From positions 32,001 through 96,000 of the forward strand of contig CAVZQN010000011.1 of assembly GCA_963777505.1 (NCBI GenBank): a stretch of DNA of 64,000 nucleotides, written 5' to 3'. This document shows, one piece after another, positions 1 to 10,426 of this stretch. The number at the start of each line of letters is the position of its first letter. Positions within the stretch are counted from its first letter, which is position 1. This DNA is from an uncultured bacterium (GTDB lineage: Bacteria; Acidobacteriota; HRBIN11; JAKEFK01). The translations under genes and the position numbers were made by a program. The notes under the pieces were generated by a model. It was given only the letters and a program-made list of their open reading frames with translations. It was not told where the DNA came from and ran no database searches.

Positions 1-1
1 C

Positions 2-340
2 ATGATTGATCTCAGCGATGGTCTTGCGGGGGATCTTGCGGAATTATGCCGTGAGAGTGGAACAGGCGCCCGTGTTGATATCAGCAGTGTACCCATTCAT
101 CCTATCGTCGAAGAGCTAAAGAACACCATGAAGTGGGATCCGTTGGATCTTGCGCTCTATGGCGGGGAAGACTACCATTTGCTATTTACAGTTTCGCCTG
201 AACACAAATCCGAATTTCTCGAACGAATGAAAGATCTAATCATGTTTGAGATTGGAATGTTGACCCCGGACCCAGGGAAGATCTTCGGGGAACGAAACGG
301 TGAATTGTTTGCATTGAAAACTGGTTATGAACACTTTTGA
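2..340 (+). CDS. thiL: Thiamine-monophosphate kinase, C-terminal part (truncated by window edge)
   Basis: MIDLSDGL (DxSDG) and ALYGGEDYHLLFT motifs and the GYEHF C-terminus typical of ThiL. Confidence 0.9.
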   Translation: MIDLSDGLAGDLAELCRESGTGARVDISSVPIHPIVEELKNTMKWDPLDLALYGGEDYHLLFTVSPEHKSEFLERMKDLIMFEIGMLTPDPGKIFGERNGELFALKTGYEHF

Positions 341-1163
341 TCAGAAGATGAACGTTGAAGAAACTGCTGCCGAAAAAGAAAGGCAACTGTTTGATTGGTT
401 TCGCAATTATCAAAGTTCAATTGTTGCGTACAGTGGTGGAGTGGATTCAACGTATGTTTTATTTGCTGCGCACAAGGTGCATGGCTCCCGGGTTTTAGGT
501 GTAAGCTCTTTTTCCGAAACAGTGCCACAAATTCAGAAAGACTATGCCCTGGAAAACATACGCATTATTGGTGCTCTTTATGAAATCGTTTGGACGCAAG
601 AAATGCAGAAGGAGCAGTTTGTTCAAAACGAAACAGATCGTTGTTTCCATTGTAAAGATGAACTCTACGGAGTTTTAGGCAAAATGGCTGAAGAACGCAG
701 CTTCGATGTTGTTGTCGATGGTACAAATGCCGATGATCTTGGCGATTTCCGGCCTGGCCGGAAGGCGGCGGATCTTCACAGAGTTAAGAGTCCGCTCGTG
801 GAAGTTGGAATGACCAAAGAAGAAATCAGAATTAGATCACGACTCGCTGGCTTAACAACATGGAACATTCCTGCATCAGCATGTTTATCTTCACGAATTC
901 CACACAACTCATTGATCACGCTTGAAAAGTTAAAATCTGTTGAAGAGGGTGAAGCCTTTTTGCGTTCGCTTGGCTTCAATCAAATCCGTGTGCGTCATCA
1001 CGACAAAATTGTTAGGATTGAACTCGCTCCGGAAGAGATGTCCCTAATCTGGCAGGATGATTTATTTAAGCGAATTACGATATTTTTCAAATCTCTTGGA
1101 TTTCAATTCGTAACTCTAGACCTGGAAGGGTATCGCACGGGCAGCCTGAATCCTGTGAAGTGA
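327..1163 (+). CDS. larE: LarE-family ATP-dependent sacrificial sulfur transferase (PP-loop)
   Basis: AYSGGVDS PP-loop, RCFHCK, DGTNADD..FRPG, ACLSSRIP, LEGYRTGSLN. Confidence 0.88.
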   Translation: MNTFDQKMNVEETAAEKERQLFDWFRNYQSSIVAYSGGVDSTYVLFAAHKVHGSRVLGVSSFSETVPQIQKDYALENIRIIGALYEIVWTQEMQKEQFVQNETDRCFHCKDELYGVLGKMAEERSFDVVVDGTNADDLGDFRPGRKAADLHRVKSPLVEVGMTKEEIRIRSRLAGLTTWNIPASACLSSRIPHNSLITLEKLKSVEEGEAFLRSLGFNQIRVRHHDKIVRIELAPEEMSLIWQDDLFKRITIFFKSLGFQFVTLDLEGYRTGSLNPVK

Positions 1164-1164
1164 A

Positions 1165-1878
1165 TTATTTTTTCGGCGGCTTCAAAGGCCGTATATCCGC
1201 AAGACTCACAAGTGATCCTGCTGAAGTCTGAAGTACTTCTAGCACAACGCCAGCAACATCCTCACCAGTCAATGCCCATGATTCTTTCTCCGCGCCCCTG
1301 GAACCAAATTCCGTTGCAACTGAGCCCGGACAAAGTGTTGAAACTTTAATGTTATGATGACGAACTTCCAGCATCATACATTCTGCAAAAGCATTCAAGG
1401 CTGCTTTTGATGCACAGTACGCAGAAGCCCCAGCAAATGGATTCTTGCTCGCCAGGGAGGAAATATTGATGATATGGCCTTCCTTTTTCTCAATCATGCC
1501 CGGCAAAAATGCCTTGCTGCAAAAAAAAGTTCCATACAGATTCGTTTCAAGGACTGACCGAAAATCTTCATCGCTCATACTTCTTACTTCAGCAAACTTC
1601 CCAATTCCAGCATTGTTAACAAGTATGGCTGGTGTTCCAAGAGTGGCTTCGACAGTCTGTACGAGCTCTTCGACTTGTTTTGAGTTCCGGACATCGATCG
1701 CTGCAAAAATTACTTTTGTTCCAAGACGCGAAATTTCTTTCTCTGCTGATTCCAAGTCCTTCTCTGACCTTGCAACCAAAGCGATATCACATCCCTTCGC
1801 AGCAAGAGCTAAACCGATCGCTTTTCCAATTCCTTTGCTACCGCCCGTAATAACTGCAATTTTTCCTTTTAGATCCAT
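1165..1878 (-). CDS. Short-chain dehydrogenase/reductase
   Basis: TGGSKGIG, NNAG, YCASK motifs. Start set at MDLKGK. Confidence 0.9.
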   Translation of the reverse strand: MDLKGKIAVITGGSKGIGKAIGLALAAKGCDIALVARSEKDLESAEKEISRLGTKVIFAAIDVRNSKQVEELVQTVEATLGTPAILVNNAGIGKFAEVRSMSDEDFRSVLETNLYGTFFCSKAFLPGMIEKKEGHIINISSLASKNPFAGASAYCASKAALNAFAECMMLEVRHHNIKVSTLCPGSVATEFGSRGAEKESWALTGEDVAGVVLEVLQTSAGSLVSLADIRPLKPPKK

Positions 1879-1937
1879 AAACCACAGAGACACAGAGCAC
1901 TTTTATTATTATAATAATACCGCGTTAAGACCTTGTC

Positions 1938-2438
1938 ATGATTCGTAAAATATTTCTTCTAATCTTCTTTGTAGGAATTGTTTTTTTATTCACCTATCAG
2001 GGGTGCAAAGCTCCTGAAGCTGCCACAGGACTTCCGTCTGCAGAATTGCTGGATCTGAATGGAACCCGTGTGAAACTGAGCGATTTTTCTGGAAAACCGC
2101 TGTTAATCAATTTGTGGGCAACCTGGTGCGGTCCATGCCGTTATGAAATTCCAATGTTGAATGATTTTCACAAAAAATATTCCGATGCAGGGCTTGTGAT
2201 TCTTGGCGTCTCTACGGATGAAGATGGTGCGCCACTGGTGAAGGATTTCCTCAAAGAGATTCCGATACATTACCCGAATTTTCTGAAGACTCCTGGGCTG
2301 GAGGAGAAATTTGGTGGTGTCTGGGCATTGCCTACCAGTTATTTTTTCGACCGGAGTGGCAAGCAGACCGATAAAATTATCGGAGTTCAAACTCACGAAT
2401 ACTTCGAGAAGCAGATTCAACGGATATTGAAGGATTAA
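1938..2438 (+). CDS. TlpA/ResA-family thiol-disulfide oxidoreductase
   Basis: N-terminal hydrophobic anchor, WATWCGPC active site, LPT cis-Pro motif. Confidence 0.9.
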   Translation: MIRKIFLLIFFVGIVFLFTYQGCKAPEAATGLPSAELLDLNGTRVKLSDFSGKPLLINLWATWCGPCRYEIPMLNDFHKKYSDAGLVILGVSTDEDGAPLVKDFLKEIPIHYPNFLKTPGLEEKFGGVWALPTSYFFDRSGKQTDKIIGVQTHEYFEKQIQRILKD

Positions 2439-2462
2439 ACGTAAAAGCGGAACTGCTTGCTG

Positions 2463-2837
2463 CTATTGGATCATCATTAGCACTTTTTTGACACGCCGGA
2501 TTAGGTCGTCTGGTTCAAAAGGCTTTGTAATGTAATCGCTGAAAGCTGGAAGATCCGACCCCTGATAATCCTGGGGTACAGCGCGGGCAGTTAACATTGC
2601 AACTGGCAGATTCTTTGTAATTTCGGATGATCGCAATTCGCGTAAAACTTCCCAGCCAGTACGAAATGGCATCATAATATCAAGCAGAATTAAATCAAAT
2701 CGTTTCTTTCGAATACATTCAAGACACTCAACCCCGTCGCGCGCGATATCACATTCAAAACCTTCATCCTCAAGAATTAATCGAACCAAATTAAGGATGT
2801 CATCCTCATCATCAACAATCAGGATTTGTTTCTTCAT
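2463..2837 (-). CDS. Stand-alone response regulator receiver
   Basis: IVDDE, LLDIMMP, LTA, ITKPF. Its start overlaps the stop of the kinase. Confidence 0.92.
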   Translation of the reverse strand: MKKQILIVDDEDDILNLVRLILEDEGFECDIARDGVECLECIRKKRFDLILLDIMMPFRTGWEVLRELRSSEITKNLPVAMLTARAVPQDYQGSDLPAFSDYITKPFEPDDLIRRVKKVLMMIQ

Positions 2838-4930
2838 CAGGTAACGTACTTGGGCCGGTGATGGTTTGCAACCTGAGCCGTTTTAACGGAATCGGTGACG
2901 TCTGTTGCTTGAATTCCGGCAATAACAAAACTAAAGGTACTCCCTTCTTCAGGATTGCTATGCACCTGGACTCTTGTGCCATGCGCTTCCATAACCGTTT
3001 TGACAATTGCAAGGCCCAAACCAGTTCCACCATATCGGCGAGTGTGGGAAGAATCGACTTGATAAAATTTGTCAAAAATCTTTATTTGCTTTTCTTGTGG
3101 AATGCCCACACCATTATCACGGATTGAAATCTCAAGTGGTACAAGTGATTCAAGGACACAATGAGAGCGGTAAGTTTCAGGATCATAAAACTGGGAACTC
3201 TGTTCCAGGGTTCGTGCCTCGACCCAAATAATTCCACTTTCCTGGGTAAACTTTAAGGCATTGCTGATCAAGCTGCTTAATGCCTGCGTTATTAATTGTG
3301 TGTCCGCAAAAATTAATGGCAGATTTGGTGGAATCATGACATGAAGTGAGAGCTTTTTTTGAGCAATAGTTTCTGCGTACTCTTTGTAAACTTGATTCCA
3401 AACTAAATCGAAAGAAAATGCTGCGAGAGAAAGAGGTGGGCGTTTAAACTCAAGCCGCGTGTAATCAATCAAATCATTAATCAGTCGCTGAAGTCTCAAG
3501 ATATTTCGTTGAGCGATGACAAGACCCTCATTTTGTGCAGGTGTTACTGGCCCCATCTTTTCGCGAATCATGTAATCGACATACCCTTTAATTGTTGTTA
3601 AAGGTGTGCGCAATTCATGGGAAACATTTGCAAGGAATTCTGATTTCATTCTGTCGAGTTGACGTAATTCCTTATTCAGCCTTTCAAGTTCACCAACTTT
3701 GTCTGTCAAATCGTTGTATAACCGCGAATTTTCAAACGCAAGAGCTGTTTCGCCCGCAATCATCATCAAGACTGGTATATGTGCCTCATGGAAGGTTCCT
3801 GTTTCACTTGAGGTCAGACCCAGGATTCCATGTGTGCGATTTACCGTTCGTATTGGCACCACAAGGCATGACCTGATGCCTGTTCCATCTTGTTTATGCT
3901 TAAATATTTCTCTGCCTTGGCGGGTGCTATCTTGAATTAATAGTACCTGGCCGTCGCGCCAAACATGTTGGGCCAGGGCTGCTAATGCCGAATTTTCAAG
4001 CGTTAAAAATCGAAAGGAAACTCCATCATTTTCAGCAACTGCAACAAACATCGCATCTGAATCAATGAGGGCAGGAACTTCTGAATGTAACAATTGTAAA
4101 ACTGCTTGTTCACTTCGCAATGAACTGATTCTGCTGCTGATCCGGTTCAAGCCCGTTAGCTGACGTAACTTTTCTTCTTGATCCCGCCGGATCAAACTAA
4201 TATTGCGCAGGATCAAATTGGACAACAATAATGTTGCAGCCAAAAATCCAAACGCCCAAATACCCATCCGTGTATAAGTAAGAGCCATCAAGATTCCGTA
4301 GGGAATCATCGCTATTTCTGTTAGAAATGCGGGGAAAAACGCTTGACGAATAAACACCGATGCATTTTGAGCCTGCAAAAAGTTACTCAAATACAACGCG
4401 ATGACATTAATAACGCTCAAACATGCATACATGGCGAGAATTGAAAGAACGACATGTCCATTCAGTTCCACAAGAGGAATCGGAGCGTTCATTACAAGGA
4501 AATAAACCGTCGCAGCAATCAGCCACATCGTGGCGGTCATTCCGGCATTGAAAACTATGCTGCCAAGGTCATATTCCATCGGCGTCTTCTTGTGTAAAAC
4601 GAGACGGCGTTGAAATACACGTTTGAGTGATCCAAGGATTACAGCAGCAACAGCAATCCATACTGCTGGCAATGCGCCTAACAAAAGAAGGGCAGCAGTG
4701 GTGAAAGCGGATTCAAATGTGACTACAATTTGAAGTCGCGTAAATTGAAAATGAAGGAAAGATGCTGCAAAATGCAGCGCCAGAAAAATCATTAAGGGCG
4801 CGAGCGACGTTTCAGTTTCGTGAAAAGGCGGATCCAATGTGCAGGCGAATAGCAGCAAGATGCCTGCAATCCCAGCCGTCCAGTGAAAAAGTATAACTGG
4901 GCGTCCAAAACGGGTTCTTACCCAAGTCAT
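2837..4930 (-). CDS. Multi-TM sensor histidine kinase with GAF domain
   Basis: Many hydrophobic helices, GAF-like segment, SHELRTPL H-box, NALKF, DNGVG, GGTGLGL. Confidence 0.92.
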   Translation of the reverse strand: MTWVRTRFGRPVILFHWTAGIAGILLLFACTLDPPFHETETSLAPLMIFLALHFAASFLHFQFTRLQIVVTFESAFTTAALLLLGALPAVWIAVAAVILGSLKRVFQRRLVLHKKTPMEYDLGSIVFNAGMTATMWLIAATVYFLVMNAPIPLVELNGHVVLSILAMYACLSVINVIALYLSNFLQAQNASVFIRQAFFPAFLTEIAMIPYGILMALTYTRMGIWAFGFLAATLLLSNLILRNISLIRRDQEEKLRQLTGLNRISSRISSLRSEQAVLQLLHSEVPALIDSDAMFVAVAENDGVSFRFLTLENSALAALAQHVWRDGQVLLIQDSTRQGREIFKHKQDGTGIRSCLVVPIRTVNRTHGILGLTSSETGTFHEAHIPVLMMIAGETALAFENSRLYNDLTDKVGELERLNKELRQLDRMKSEFLANVSHELRTPLTTIKGYVDYMIREKMGPVTPAQNEGLVIAQRNILRLQRLINDLIDYTRLEFKRPPLSLAAFSFDLVWNQVYKEYAETIAQKKLSLHVMIPPNLPLIFADTQLITQALSSLISNALKFTQESGIIWVEARTLEQSSQFYDPETYRSHCVLESLVPLEISIRDNGVGIPQEKQIKIFDKFYQVDSSHTRRYGGTGLGLAIVKTVMEAHGTRVQVHSNPEEGSTFSFVIAGIQATDVTDSVKTAQVANHHRPKYVT

Positions 4931-5163
4931 TGAATTGGAGTATAAACGATTTGTCGACCAATTGTAACCCTGACGGAATCGTAATTGTGCTCGTAACCGT
5001 GCTAACTCTTGGCGTCATGGCGGTTGAGCTATTACGGGAAAGATCGCGATTGTGAAAACGGAGTTTCGCTGCTGGGCGCAAAAATGATACGATACCGGGA
5101 AGAACATTTGGTTTTGGAACCAAAGAGGGAAGTGTTTAAAGGTAAGAGGTTCCAATCCAATCG

Positions 5164-5538
5164 ATGGCTAAAATTCTTGTAGTTGACGATGAAGAGGACA
5201 TCCGAAGACTTCTCGTAACGATTTTTACAGATTCCGGATACGAGGTAGTCACGGCATCAAACGGGAAAGAAGCAGTTGATGCTGCAAAGTCGGAACATCC
5301 CGATCTGATTTTCATGGATATTCTGATGCCTGTCATGGATGGGTATCAGGCGTGTTCGGCTATAAAAAAAGATCCTCATACCAAAGATATTTTTATTGCC
5401 TTTCTTACCGCTAAAGGTTTACCTGAAGATTGGGATCAAGGGCTCCAATCGGAGGCGGATATGTACATTGCAAAACCATTTCAGCCGGACCGATTGTTAT
5501 TTGTTGCGAAGGAGCTTCTGGCCCTAAAGGAACCTTAA
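5164..5538 (+). CDS. Stand-alone response regulator receiver
   Basis: VVDDE, FMDILMP, LTA, AKPF. Confidence 0.92.
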   Translation: MAKILVVDDEEDIRRLLVTIFTDSGYEVVTASNGKEAVDAAKSEHPDLIFMDILMPVMDGYQACSAIKKDPHTKDIFIAFLTAKGLPEDWDQGLQSEADMYIAKPFQPDRLLFVAKELLALKEP

Positions 5539-5571
5539 TATCCCTCCCAATGGGGGAGCAGCAATGTTAGA

Positions 5572-6813
5572 TCATTTTTCGAAGGTCGTTCCTTTAGGAA
5601 CGATTACAATTCCTTGATCGCTCATATGAAGGCCGCGCTGCCGGTCTTCTTCCACATCGTAGCCGATACGGCATCCTTGAGGAATTTTTACGCCTTTATC
5701 GATAATTGTGCGGCGGATTTTTGCATACCTTCCGACATCAACGCCATGCATCAGGATTGAATCCTCGACACTACTGTAGCTGTGAATCATTACACGTGGT
5801 GAGAGAATCGATCGATCCACGCGTCCTCCGCTGACGATACACCCTTCTGAAATCATCGAATCTGTCGCAACGCCCGCACGATTGGTTTCATAATCAGCAA
5901 AAATAAATTTCGCAGCAGGGTAATCGTAATGCACTGTGCGAAGAGGCCATCGATAGTTGTAAAGATTGAAGATCGGATCTACAGCAATCAAATCCATGTT
6001 GGCTTGAAAATAAGAGTCGATTGTACCCACATCACGCCAATAGCCTCGTTCTTTTTCTTCTGCTCCCGGAATTTCATTTGTTAAGAAATTGTATGCATAG
6101 ACTTTGAATCTTTCATGCAGCTTTGTCAGAATTGTTTTTCCAAAATCGTGTGCGGAATCCTGAAGTGCTGCATCTTCTTCAAGAACTGAAGTAAGAATCT
6201 TCCGGTTAAAAATGTAATTGCCCATTGAAGCAAGGATTTTATCAGGCTGATCAGGGATCGTTTTTCCCTCTGCAGGTTTTTCTTCGAAACCTGTAACGTG
6301 CCACTTATCATCGACTTCAATTACACCAAAACTTCGCGATTCGGATGCTGGATTCGGGACTGCAGCAATCGTTACATCGGCACCCGTTTGCCTGTGGAAA
6401 TCAAGCATTTGACCGACATCCATCTGGTAGATGTGATCGCCGCCGAAAACACATACAAAATCAGGCTCTTCATCAAAGATAAGATTCAGATTTTGATAGA
6501 CAGCGTCAGCCGTCCCTCGATACCAGTGTTGTCCCATTCTCATTTGGGCAGGGACTGCGTCAACAAATTGATCGAGTGTAGGTGATAATCTCCAAGCTTT
6601 AGAAAGATGCACATTCAATGAGTCGGATTTGAATTGTGTCAAGACTTTGATTTTGAAAAATCCTGAATTGACAAAATTATTCAATGCAAAATCGACAATT
6701 CGAAAACGTCCACCAAATGGAACTGCAGGTTTGGCACGGTCGCGAGTTAAGGGATAAAGCCGGGTGCCTTCACCACCAGCAAGTATCATCGCAAGGACGT
6801 TTTGAGTCTGCAT
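5572..6813 (-). CDS. glgC: Glucose-1-phosphate adenylyltransferase
   Basis: LAGGEGTRLYPLT..RAKPAVPFGG, WYRGTADAV, DFGK, YWRDVGT. Start at MQTQN; the ORF-track extension is spurious. Confidence 0.96.
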   Translation of the reverse strand: MQTQNVLAMILAGGEGTRLYPLTRDRAKPAVPFGGRFRIVDFALNNFVNSGFFKIKVLTQFKSDSLNVHLSKAWRLSPTLDQFVDAVPAQMRMGQHWYRGTADAVYQNLNLIFDEEPDFVCVFGGDHIYQMDVGQMLDFHRQTGADVTIAAVPNPASESRSFGVIEVDDKWHVTGFEEKPAEGKTIPDQPDKILASMGNYIFNRKILTSVLEEDAALQDSAHDFGKTILTKLHERFKVYAYNFLTNEIPGAEEKERGYWRDVGTIDSYFQANMDLIAVDPIFNLYNYRWPLRTVHYDYPAAKFIFADYETNRAGVATDSMISEGCIVSGGRVDRSILSPRVMIHSYSSVEDSILMHGVDVGRYAKIRRTIIDKGVKIPQGCRIGYDVEEDRQRGLHMSDQGIVIVPKGTTFEK

Positions 6814-6899
6814 GAAGCCATTGTACACCAGGGTCTGATTCGCGACTCTCGTTACGCATGATATAATCCGGCGTTTTCGGAACCGCAGAGACACACACA

Positions 6900-8268
6900 A
6901 TGACAAAGAAGCTGACCGCGATAGTGCTTTCACTCTTAATCTATTCAGCAAATGTCTGGTCGCGGCAGGAACCAATGACTGAAGTTGCCTCCTCAATACT
7001 GGCCGAAGGGATGAATCATCCAAAAGCATACGAAATGCTTTCAGAACTAACCTCAATTGGTTCTCGATTGAGTGGTTCAGAAAACTATGAAAAGGCTGTG
7101 CAGTGGGGCAAGGCAAAAATGATTTCACTTGGATTTCAAAATGTGCATCTCCAGCCGGTTAAAGTCCCGCATTGGGTTCGGGGAAAAATACAGTTTGCTG
7201 AAGCATCAACAGCTTCAGGCAGCAAACTTCCACTTTCGATTTGTGCGTTGGGCGGAAGCATCGGGACGCCTCCTGGTGGAGTTACCGCAGAAGTGATAGA
7301 AGTGCAGTCAATTGAAGAAGTGCGCATGCCTGGATTGGTGAAGGGGAAGATTGTTTTTTTCAATCGTCCCTTGAACCCTGCACTGCTCAATACTTTTGAA
7401 GCATATGGTGCCGCTGGTGATCAGAGAAATAAGGGCCCGGCTGAAGCTGCTAAAGCAGGTGCCGTGGCTGCGATAGTTCGATCTCTAACCCTGGCTCTCG
7501 ATGATTTTCCCCACACAGGCGCAACAGACTTCAGATCTGATAGCCCTAAAATTCCGGCTGCCGCCGTTAGTACTGTCGATGCAAACGCGTTGAGCAAGCC
7601 TTTTAAAAGAAGAGCCCAGACTGAAACTTACATTGAAATTGGATTGCGAACATCTTCCGGAAGTGAACTCTTCTAATGTTGTGGGAGAACTTCGCGGAAC
7701 AGAATTTCCGGACGAAATCATTCTTGTTGGCGGCCATCTTGATAGCTGGGATGCTGGAACCGGCGCACATGATGATGGTGCTGGAGTTGTGCATACACTG
7801 GAAGCATTGAGCATTATTAAGCGTCTTGGTTTAACTCCGAAAAGAACGCTTCGAGCTGTTCTTTTTGCAAATGAAGAAAATGGATTGCGTGGTGCGCGCG
7901 TCTACACAGATATCGCGACAAAACAGGGTAAACACATAATTGGAATTGAATCGGATGCCGGAGGATTTACTCCAATGGGATTTTCCGTCAAAGCGGACGA
8001 TCGGACATTTCAAAAGCTTCTGCAATTAAAACAATTGCTTGCACTGGCGGGAGCCGATGAAGTAATAAAAGGCTCTGGCGGTGCTGATCTAATGTATCTT
8101 TCAAGAATGGGAATCCCGACCGTTGCTTTTTATCCGGAGAACCAACGTTATTTTGATTACCATCATTCGGATCAAGACACATTTGACAAAGTCCATCCGC
8201 GAGAACTTGAACTAGGCGCAGTAGCCATTTCGATTCTAAGCTACACAATCTCCGATAGGGGATTGTAA
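6900..8268 (+). CDS. M28-family secreted peptidase (carboxypeptidase Q-like, PA domain), frameshifted near 7600
   Basis: Signal peptide, GSRLSGS, PHTG, GHLDSWD, AHDDG, NEENG, YHH. Removing one C at ~7599 joins the two ORFs (ALSKLLKEEPRLKL). Confidence 0.85.
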
Positions 8269-8273
8269 GGGGA

Positions 8274-8326
8274 GGGGACCGCGGACGTCCCGTCTGCATG
8301 AACGGGATCGTAGGCGTCCCGCCGCC
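8274..8326. repeat. REP-like palindromes, GCGGAC/GCAGGC family
   Basis: ACCGCGGACGTCCCGTCTGC resembles copies at 15803, 19903, 12450 and 25812. Confidence 0.6.
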
Positions 8327-8330
8327 ATAT

Positions 8331-9773
8331 CTATTTCTTCACAAACGTTTCTGCATTTCCTCTTGCAGGGAATTCAAAAACCTTACCATCCACAGTCAGC
8401 CTTACTTTGTATTCCATTTTGTATTGAATAAAGTGGAGGTCATCACTCTGCCCCATAGGGGAATTTGTGAATGACTTTGATTCTCCATCCAGCTCAATTG
8501 AACTAAATGGCTTTTTTTGGCTGAATCGAAGATGTTGAGGAACTACGATTCCATTGGATTGAGTTGCTGGTTTTGAAAAATGGATCGTGCCTGGTTGAAA
8601 CACAGCAACAAAACCTTCGTCATCAAAGACACCTGCAAATAAACCGCGTGTACGATTCTTCAAAAAAATTTCGCCAAAAAACAAAGAATGTGTTTCGGAA
8701 AATGCATGTCCCCAATTCCAGCGAACAGGATCGCCAGAAGTTTCTGGCTGCTGCCAGATTCCCCAGTTATGATCGTGGTATCCACTTGCCTGATTGAAGT
8801 CGTAGTTTCGATCGCCAATTGTGATTGAACCTTGATAACTTCCTTTGATCGATGGAATTACATAACCTGATTCGAATCCTTCACTCTCTGCTAGCATCAC
8901 TGGAGGGAAGTAAAGATTGGGGACTGGAACATATTTCAGTTTTCCGCGAACGTTTCCAAGTTTGTCCGCGAAATCCAAATCGATTTCATAAGTGCCATTC
9001 ACAATTCGAACAGAATTCGGTCCCACGACATAGTCGACCCTTTTCAAGGGAAGATGATTTTTAGTTGCAGGGTAGGTTGAAGCGTAACGATTGTAAGTGC
9101 CGTCAAACATTTGCAAAGAAACAATCCATGTACCGCGATCGTTCGCAACATCACCCGCAGCCATGATGCTGAGATAGCCGTAAAAGTTTTTGGATTCGAA
9201 GTTAAAGTAATGCCATTCAGCCCATTGATCCATCGGAAGCGTTTTGGAAGAGGGTAGATGGAAGCGGTCGATTTCGTGCAGGAATTCATCGGTTGGTTGT
9301 TGAATCCAGCTTTGATCGGCTGAGTTATTTTTCCATGGCAACGGCCATCGCTTTACCTTTTGTTCGTATTCAGGAATGGAGCCTTCAGCTAAAAGCGATT
9401 CAACTTGAGAGCCTGCAGGTTTGCGCGCATACAATACTTCTGAATACAGGTATGGCGAAATTATTCCAATCTCATCTTTGAACCGACTACTGGCAAGCAT
9501 TTGCCGCACAATAAAACGTGCTTGTGGAATTGAATAGTACATAGCGGAAATTCCGCCAATTTTCATGCTTTCTATATCGATGCCTTGAGGTACAAGAATC
9601 AGATCGCCGCCCCCAACAAGATTTTTGTCACGCGCTTGTTGCAACACAGCCTCACCGACTGCAAGCAATGTGATCATGACTCCGGTTGCTAATCCGTAGC
9701 CAAGCAAGAACAGAATTGTGCGTTTGGGACGATTCGCAAACGTGCGCAACAACAACAGCCAGGCTATTCCCAT
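8331..9773 (-). CDS. MacB-type permease N-terminal half fused to AttH/CrtC-like (lipocalin-like) domain
   Basis: N-terminal RTFANRPKRTILFLLG-TM1-GGGDL (MacB-like) followed by WAEWHYF, GYHDHNWG and WNWG motifs. Confidence 0.7.
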   Translation of the reverse strand: MGIAWLLLLRTFANRPKRTILFLLGYGLATGVMITLLAVGEAVLQQARDKNLVGGGDLILVPQGIDIESMKIGGISAMYYSIPQARFIVRQMLASSRFKDEIGIISPYLYSEVLYARKPAGSQVESLLAEGSIPEYEQKVKRWPLPWKNNSADQSWIQQPTDEFLHEIDRFHLPSSKTLPMDQWAEWHYFNFESKNFYGYLSIMAAGDVANDRGTWIVSLQMFDGTYNRYASTYPATKNHLPLKRVDYVVGPNSVRIVNGTYEIDLDFADKLGNVRGKLKYVPVPNLYFPPVMLAESEGFESGYVIPSIKGSYQGSITIGDRNYDFNQASGYHDHNWGIWQQPETSGDPVRWNWGHAFSETHSLFFGEIFLKNRTRGLFAGVFDDEGFVAVFQPGTIHFSKPATQSNGIVVPQHLRFSQKKPFSSIELDGESKSFTNSPMGQSDDLHFIQYKMEYKVRLTVDGKVFEFPARGNAETFVKK

Positions 9774-10426
9774 CTACCGTCTCGCATGTGTCGGATCTGG
9801 TGCGCTGATGAAGCAAGTTCCATGTTATGAGTGACAACAACAAGGGTCAGGCCATCTTTGTTGAAGCGTTCAAATAGCCGCGCGATTTCTTCGCCGGTTG
9901 CGGCATCTAGCTCGCCTGTAGGTTCATCAGCTAGCAATAATTCAGGACGATTTGCGAGGGCGCGCGCAATCGCAACACGCTGCATCTCACCGCCGCTCAA
10001 TTGTGCAGGACGATGATTCCTGCGATCCGAAAGGCCAACATAATCGAGCAGCTCAAGCGAGCGATGACTGCGTTCCGATTGCTTGAGTCCTAATTCTCGC
10101 ATCGGTAGTTCAATATTTTCTTGAGCTGACAGCATCGGCAAAAGGTAAAAACGTTGAAAAACAAATCCTATTTTTTGCAACCTGAGTTTTGTCCTTCGCG
10201 AGTCATCCCATGCATTGATGCATTCATTTGCCCAAAACACTTCACCCGATGTTGGAACATCAAGTGCGCCCAATAAATGTAGAAATGTAGATTTACCGCA
10301 GCCGCTTGGTCCGGCAACTGCAATGTAATCTCCGGAGTTCACTTCAAGCGAAATCCCGCGCAAGGCATAAACAGGTTTTTCCATTTCCTGGTAGGTCTTT
10401 TCAACTTCTTTCGCTTCGACAATCAC
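9764..10426 (-). CDS. ABC transporter ATP-binding protein (LolD/MacB type)
   Basis: GPSGCGKS, LSGGEMQRVAIARAL, LLADEPTG, VTH. Confidence 0.95.
   Translation of the reverse strand: MIVEAKEVEKTYQEMEKPVYALRGISLEVNSGDYIAVAGPSGCGKSTFLHLLGALDVPTSGEVFWANECINAWDDSRRTKLRLQKIGFVFQRFYLLPMLSAQENIELPMRELGLKQSERSHRSLELLDYVGLSDRRNHRPAQLSGGEMQRVAIARALANRPELLLADEPTGELDAATGEEIARLFERFNKDGLTLVVVTHNMELASSAHQIRHMRDGRWE

Noticed and set aside
1445-1948. Long antisense ORFs (also 11069-11554, 37521-38084, 57317-57781 and others)
   Set aside because: Shadows of well-supported genes on the opposite strand, with no motifs
6814-7128. N-terminal extension of the glgC ORF
   Set aside because: Overlaps the divergent peptidase gene and is not GlgC-like; the real start is 6813
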